Positions 60,149-64,000 of a stretch of DNA of 64,000 bases are shown piece by piece. The notes beneath the pieces are model-generated. The model searched no databases, was not told the DNA's origin, and saw only the letters and a program-made list of their open reading frames with translations. Both the position numbers and the translations under genes were made by a program. The first letter of the stretch is position 1. Every line of letters starts with the position of its first letter. This stretch comes from Acidobacteriota bacterium (GTDB taxonomy: Bacteria; Acidobacteriota; Vicinamibacteria; Vicinamibacterales; 2-12-FULL-66-21): positions 1,979-65,978 of the forward strand of contig JBKPLP010000038.1 in NCBI GenBank assembly GCA_046731735.1, given 5' to 3'.

Positions 60149-61819
60149 GTGCGCACCTCGTTCGCCGACCACGCCGCCCGGCTCACGCACTTCGTGAGCC
60201 GCGCCCAGCACATCATCGAACAGATCGAAGCGCGCCTGCTGAACGTCCAGGGAAAGGATCTGTCTCGCAGCCCCGACCGGCGCCGGATCGAGGAGATCCT
60301 CGACACATGTTTCGGCGAGTCGCGCGCGCTCGGCCGCGTGGCCGCGGCGGGCGTCGACGATGGCCTCGAGCCGGTGCAGCTGGAAAAGCGCTCTCACGAG
60401 TTGGATCCCATCGAACTCGTCGCACGTGCGTACGATTACTGGACGAGGTCGCGATGGCCCGGCAGAAACGGCCGCGTGACGTACGCCGCTGCCCTGTATT
60501 CCGTTTGCATGATTCGGCAGCTCGAACACCTCAGCCGGCGGCTGTGGGACGACGGCGCCGATCGCGCACCTGCATACCTCCGCGATCTCCAGCGCCTCCT
60601 CGCTGCCTTGAACGGCAGCGCGCCGTCCGGGGTATTCGTCCGCGATGCGCGGTGGCTGATTCAAACGGCGCTGGGACCGCTGACGCGCGATCCTCGTCCG
60701 TATTTCAGGACCGCGGCGCACGTGTCCGGCTCGTTCGCAGACGCGGACCGCGCCGAAATCCACAAAGCGGGCGCAACTCTCGCGGGTGGGCACCTGCGTT
60801 CGCAGCTGCTCTACCGGGCGTGGGAAGCCGAGCAGAGCGCCGGTGATGCGGACATTCTCCTCGTAACGCGCAACTCGAATTCCATGGATGTCGCGCTGCT
60901 CGTCCAGGATCTCGTTCCGTTGCTCGAGGCCTACGACTCCGCAACGGCAGATGAGCACCGCCTGGATCTCGCCGACGCGATCGTTCAAGGCATCTCGGCG
61001 GATCCGGAACTGCTGCTGGTACACCCGGAGCTGCTTATGCCCTACACCACGATCGAAGAGGTGGTCGTCGAGCGTGAGGATGACGACCGGGCACGATACA
61101 CCTCGCTCGGCGAGCGCCATCGCTCGCTTGTCGAGAGGTACCGCCAGCTGATCGCGCGCGCCGGCCCGCGGTTGCGCGACGACTCGGGGTCATTCGATCC
61201 CGCGACGTTGACCTACTCGCCGTTGGGCATCGCCTACGGCTTCTGCGCCGACCTCCTGGCCAACATGGCCATCGCGACGCTCACGTCGCCACGCTTGCCA
61301 GCTCTCCCGCTCGAAGACATGTTCGACAGCCGGAGAGACCTCGAGACGAAGCTGGCGCTCGCAGCTGAATGGCGGCAGCTGCCGAGGAAGAACGGCGAGC
61401 TGGAACACTTCGCGCACTCGATCGACTGGGCGAGGCAGATCTTCAAGCAGACGATGGACGCGCTGGGCGCGGGCAAGCGAGACGTTCCGCGTGGACGGTT
61501 ATTCGTGGTTCCGGAATTCCGATCCGACGTTCAGGCACCCGCGGGAACTCTCGCGGCGCAGGAGCATTGCATCACCTCGAGTCTCCCGCACGCCCTCACG
61601 ACCGGGGCGACCGCGTTTCCGAAAACCCAGATCCTGCTGGATCGACGCGAAGGGCGATATCTCGCCAGCGCCGAGGCGGAGGGACGCTGGTTTTGCGTGT
61701 CGAAGTCCGTTCTCACCGCGTGCACGACCCGCGGGCGCGATGCCGTGATCACCGGCGTGCCCGCCGCCGTGGTCGACCGGCTGCGGCTGACCTGCACCGA
61801 AATCGTCGAAGTGCTGTAG
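60149..61819 (+). CDS. Hypothetical protein, about 556 aa (start uncertain)
   Basis: Long ORF with typical codon bias; GTG 1 nt after the DUF1080 stop; no motif recognised. Confidence 0.75.
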   Translation: MRTSFADHAARLTHFVSRAQHIIEQIEARLLNVQGKDLSRSPDRRRIEEILDTCFGESRALGRVAAAGVDDGLEPVQLEKRSHELDPIELVARAYDYWTRSRWPGRNGRVTYAAALYSVCMIRQLEHLSRRLWDDGADRAPAYLRDLQRLLAALNGSAPSGVFVRDARWLIQTALGPLTRDPRPYFRTAAHVSGSFADADRAEIHKAGATLAGGHLRSQLLYRAWEAEQSAGDADILLVTRNSNSMDVALLVQDLVPLLEAYDSATADEHRLDLADAIVQGISADPELLLVHPELLMPYTTIEEVVVEREDDDRARYTSLGERHRSLVERYRQLIARAGPRLRDDSGSFDPATLTYSPLGIAYGFCADLLANMAIATLTSPRLPALPLEDMFDSRRDLETKLALAAEWRQLPRKNGELEHFAHSIDWARQIFKQTMDALGAGKRDVPRGRLFVVPEFRSDVQAPAGTLAAQEHCITSSLPHALTTGATAFPKTQILLDRREGRYLASAEAEGRWFCVSKSVLTACTTRGRDAVITGVPAAVVDRLRLTCTEIVEVL

Positions 61820-61840
61820 TCGCTTCGCGGTTCGCGTTAT

Positions 61841-62728
61841 CTATCCCTGCGCCTTGTAAGCGGCCGCGAATCGATCGGCGAATGCCTCGAACGGGGTCGG
61901 CATCGTCGTATCCGGCCTGCGCCCTTGCAACGAGCGCACGCGCCCCTCGCTGAGCGCGTGGGACATTTCCACGAATGACGCCGCCACGCCGTTCGAGATT
62001 CCCGCCTGAGTGAGCGCGCCGACGACCTCGGCATCCTGAAACTGAATGTACGGAAGATCGGGCATGCCGATTTTCTGGCCAATCATGGCGGTGGCCTCTT
62101 TCATCGTGTAGTCGCGCGGCCCGAGCAGCTCGCGAACGGTGGTGCCGGTGAATCTGCCGTTTGCCAGTTCGTCGGCCGCCGCGGCTCCGATGTCGCCAGT
62201 ATCGGTCATCGGAATCGGCACTAGGGGCGCGATGCCGCCGCCGTTGATACGCTGATGCTTGATCAGGCCGAGATTGCTAAAGAAGTTATCGTAGAAGTAG
62301 CCGGGCCGCAGGATTCGCAAATCGACCCCGAGCGTTTTCAGCCGCTCCTCCACGTCGTGCAGACCCGCGATTGGCCCGGTGCCGCTCGCCAACTCCGCGC
62401 CAACGCTGCTGAGAAATACGATTCGCCGGACGCCGGACTGTCGGGCGGCCTTTTCAATCGTCTCTCCGAACCGGTTGTAATACGCCCGGGGATCGGGCTG
62501 CCCGTAATCGGGCGGCACCATCGCATAAACCGCGTCGGCACCGCTGAGCGCCGACGTGAGCACCGCGGCGTCCGAAGCGTCACCGGTGATCGGCTCGGCG
62601 CCGCGATCAACGAACCGCTTCAACCGCTCGGCGGATCGACCGATGACGCGCACTTTCCTGCCGGCGCCAAGCAGCCGCTCGACGACAGCTCTTCCGGTAC
62701 TTCCCGTCGCACCCATCACCGCGATCAT
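61841..62728 (-). CDS. NmrA-like NAD(P)-binding (atypical SDR) protein
   Basis: GATGSTG, LSSVGA, LRPGYF, DIGAAAA. Confidence 0.92.
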   Translation of the reverse strand: MIAVMGATGSTGRAVVERLLGAGRKVRVIGRSAERLKRFVDRGAEPITGDASDAAVLTSALSGADAVYAMVPPDYGQPDPRAYYNRFGETIEKAARQSGVRRIVFLSSVGAELASGTGPIAGLHDVEERLKTLGVDLRILRPGYFYDNFFSNLGLIKHQRINGGGIAPLVPIPMTDTGDIGAAAADELANGRFTGTTVRELLGPRDYTMKEATAMIGQKIGMPDLPYIQFQDAEVVGALTQAGISNGVAASFVEMSHALSEGRVRSLQGRRPDTTMPTPFEAFADRFAAAYKAQG

Positions 62729-62779
62729 GTTGGTGATCCCCTTTCGACGTATCAGGCGAACAGCGTTAGGACGCGAAAG

Positions 62780-63223
62780 CTACCGGCTAGGATCCACCTC
62801 ATCGAGCCACCCCCGGCGAAGCTCGCTGTCGGGAACGCTGGAGAGATACGGCTTGATGTCGAGGATGGGGGTGCCGTCGAGCATGTCGACACCGCGCACG
62901 AACAGCTTCGCGCCTTCGCGGCCGAGCAGCGTGACGACGGTGAGCGCGATCGGATTTGGCCGCTGGGGTGAACGGGTGGCGAACACGCCGTGCGGCTTGT
63001 GGTCGCTGGGCGGACAGGCAATCAACGATGGGGCGCCGGCGCGGTCGAACACCCAGAGCACGTACAGATGAGAGAACCCTTCGACGTCGGCGAGCCCCTG
63101 CTCGTATTCGGGCAGGATGTCGAGCACCCCTTCCGCGTGGTGCTCCGCCCCGAGGCCCTTGGGGATCTGTGAGGTGTCGGTGTAACGCGATCGCACGAAA
63201 CCGATCGGTTTCATGGAGAACAC
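62780..63223 (-). CDS. trmO: tRNA (t6A37)-N6-methyltransferase TrmO/TsaA (start 63223 or 63214)
   Basis: PIGFVRS, GFSHLYVLW, GVFATRSPQRPNPI, DGTPILDIKPY. Confidence 0.92.
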   Translation of the reverse strand: MFSMKPIGFVRSRYTDTSQIPKGLGAEHHAEGVLDILPEYEQGLADVEGFSHLYVLWVFDRAGAPSLIACPPSDHKPHGVFATRSPQRPNPIALTVVTLLGREGAKLFVRGVDMLDGTPILDIKPYLSSVPDSELRRGWLDEVDPSR

Positions 63224-63228
63224 GCGGC

Positions 63229-64000
63229 TCAGTTCAGCTTCTTGACCCACATATTCCTCACCGACACCTTCGTCGTTGCCTCGATCTCGATCCCGAAGAG
63301 TCCAGGCTGGTTGTTCGATGACTGCGGGTCGTCGTCGATCATCACGGCCATCAATTGGCCGTTGACGACGTGCATGAAGGTGCCGCCGCGCGCGATCACG
63401 ATGTACTGGTTCCAGCCGTTCTGATTCACGACCGCGCCCAGAGCGTCGCGATCGGCGATTGTGCCCATCAACGTCTTGCTTCGGGCGCCGAAGCCTTCCA
63501 CCACTTGTCCGCGCCACGCGAGAATCCGCATCGGCGTGTTCTCGGAGTAGAACTGGCCGGTGTAGATACGGCTCGGCCAGAAGTCAGCCTGCGGCCCGGT
63601 CATCATCCAGTTCAGATTGACCGGCCCCACGTTGGCGATCACCGCAGGAGAAATGGGCGCCAGCCATGGCAGTCCTGTCTGGCTCCGGTATTGGATGCCG
63701 CTGCCGCCCGTACCCTCGACCTTGATCTCGAACTTGAGCGTGAAGTCCTTCGCCACGAGATCGCGATAGACGATGTAGCTGTTGCCGCTCGGGTTTTGCG
63801 CGGTTGACTCGCCGACGATCGCGCCGTTCTCGACCCGCCAGAACTTCGGGTTGCCGTCCCACCCCTTCAGGCTGACGCCGTCGAACAGCGAGACGTACCC
63901 GTCGTGGTCGTTGAAGTCGAGCGGGGTTGGCTCGGTGAACGCCATGCCCCGCCCGCGGCCGGCGGGCGTTTGCTGTGGCGACTGAGCGGCGGAGGCCGCC
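63229..64000 (-). CDS. DUF1080 protein (5' end beyond the right edge)
   Basis: LFDGVSLKGWDG, DFTLKFEIK, GSGIQYRS, WNQYIVIARG; frame open to the window edge. Confidence 0.88.
   Translation of the reverse strand, partial: AASAAQSPQQTPAGRGRGMAFTEPTPLDFNDHDGYVSLFDGVSLKGWDGNPKFWRVENGAIVGESTAQNPSGNSYIVYRDLVAKDFTLKFEIKVEGTGGSGIQYRSQTGLPWLAPISPAVIANVGPVNLNWMMTGPQADFWPSRIYTGQFYSENTPMRILAWRGQVVEGFGARSKTLMGTIADRDALGAVVNQNGWNQYIVIARGGTFMHVVNGQLMAVMIDDDPQSSNNQPGLFGIEIEATTKVSVRNMWVKKLN

Overview
High-GC bacterial chromosomal window. ADOP and VWA genes, BNR/VPS10, DUF1080 and Tat-exported enzymes suggest Acidobacteriota, probably Vicinamibacteria-like (inference). About 55 CDS are supported, with no rRNA, tRNA, CRISPR or transposase seen. 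Recognisable blocks: ABC exporter, RecQ, YihY/YtxH stress cluster, MlaEFD-like transporter, NtrC-type sigma54 activator, leucine catabolism (liuBCDE-like), truncated PolX-PHP, L,D-transpeptidase, four tandem stand-alone receiver proteins, peptidases and glycoside hydrolases, PadR-HAAS/RDD, and a Gfo/Idh/MocA-SUMF1-ApbE-DUF1080 cluster. The strongest unexplained signal is in the recQ-yihY intergenic region (5285-5676): two tandem paralogous non-coding units on the minus strand, each with its own sigma54 -24/-12 promoter and a three-hairpin fold with pairing-preserving substitutions, i.e. a candidate sigma54-dependent sRNA pair. Sigma54-like motifs also precede several stress-type genes. Other signals: inverted 7-, 9- and ~20-bp repeat arrays, six TANNNT-N6-start (leaderless-type) gene starts, a leaderless uORF before the liu operon, and a possible variant flavinylation motif beside apbE. 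All calls come from reading motifs by eye; no database searches were run.
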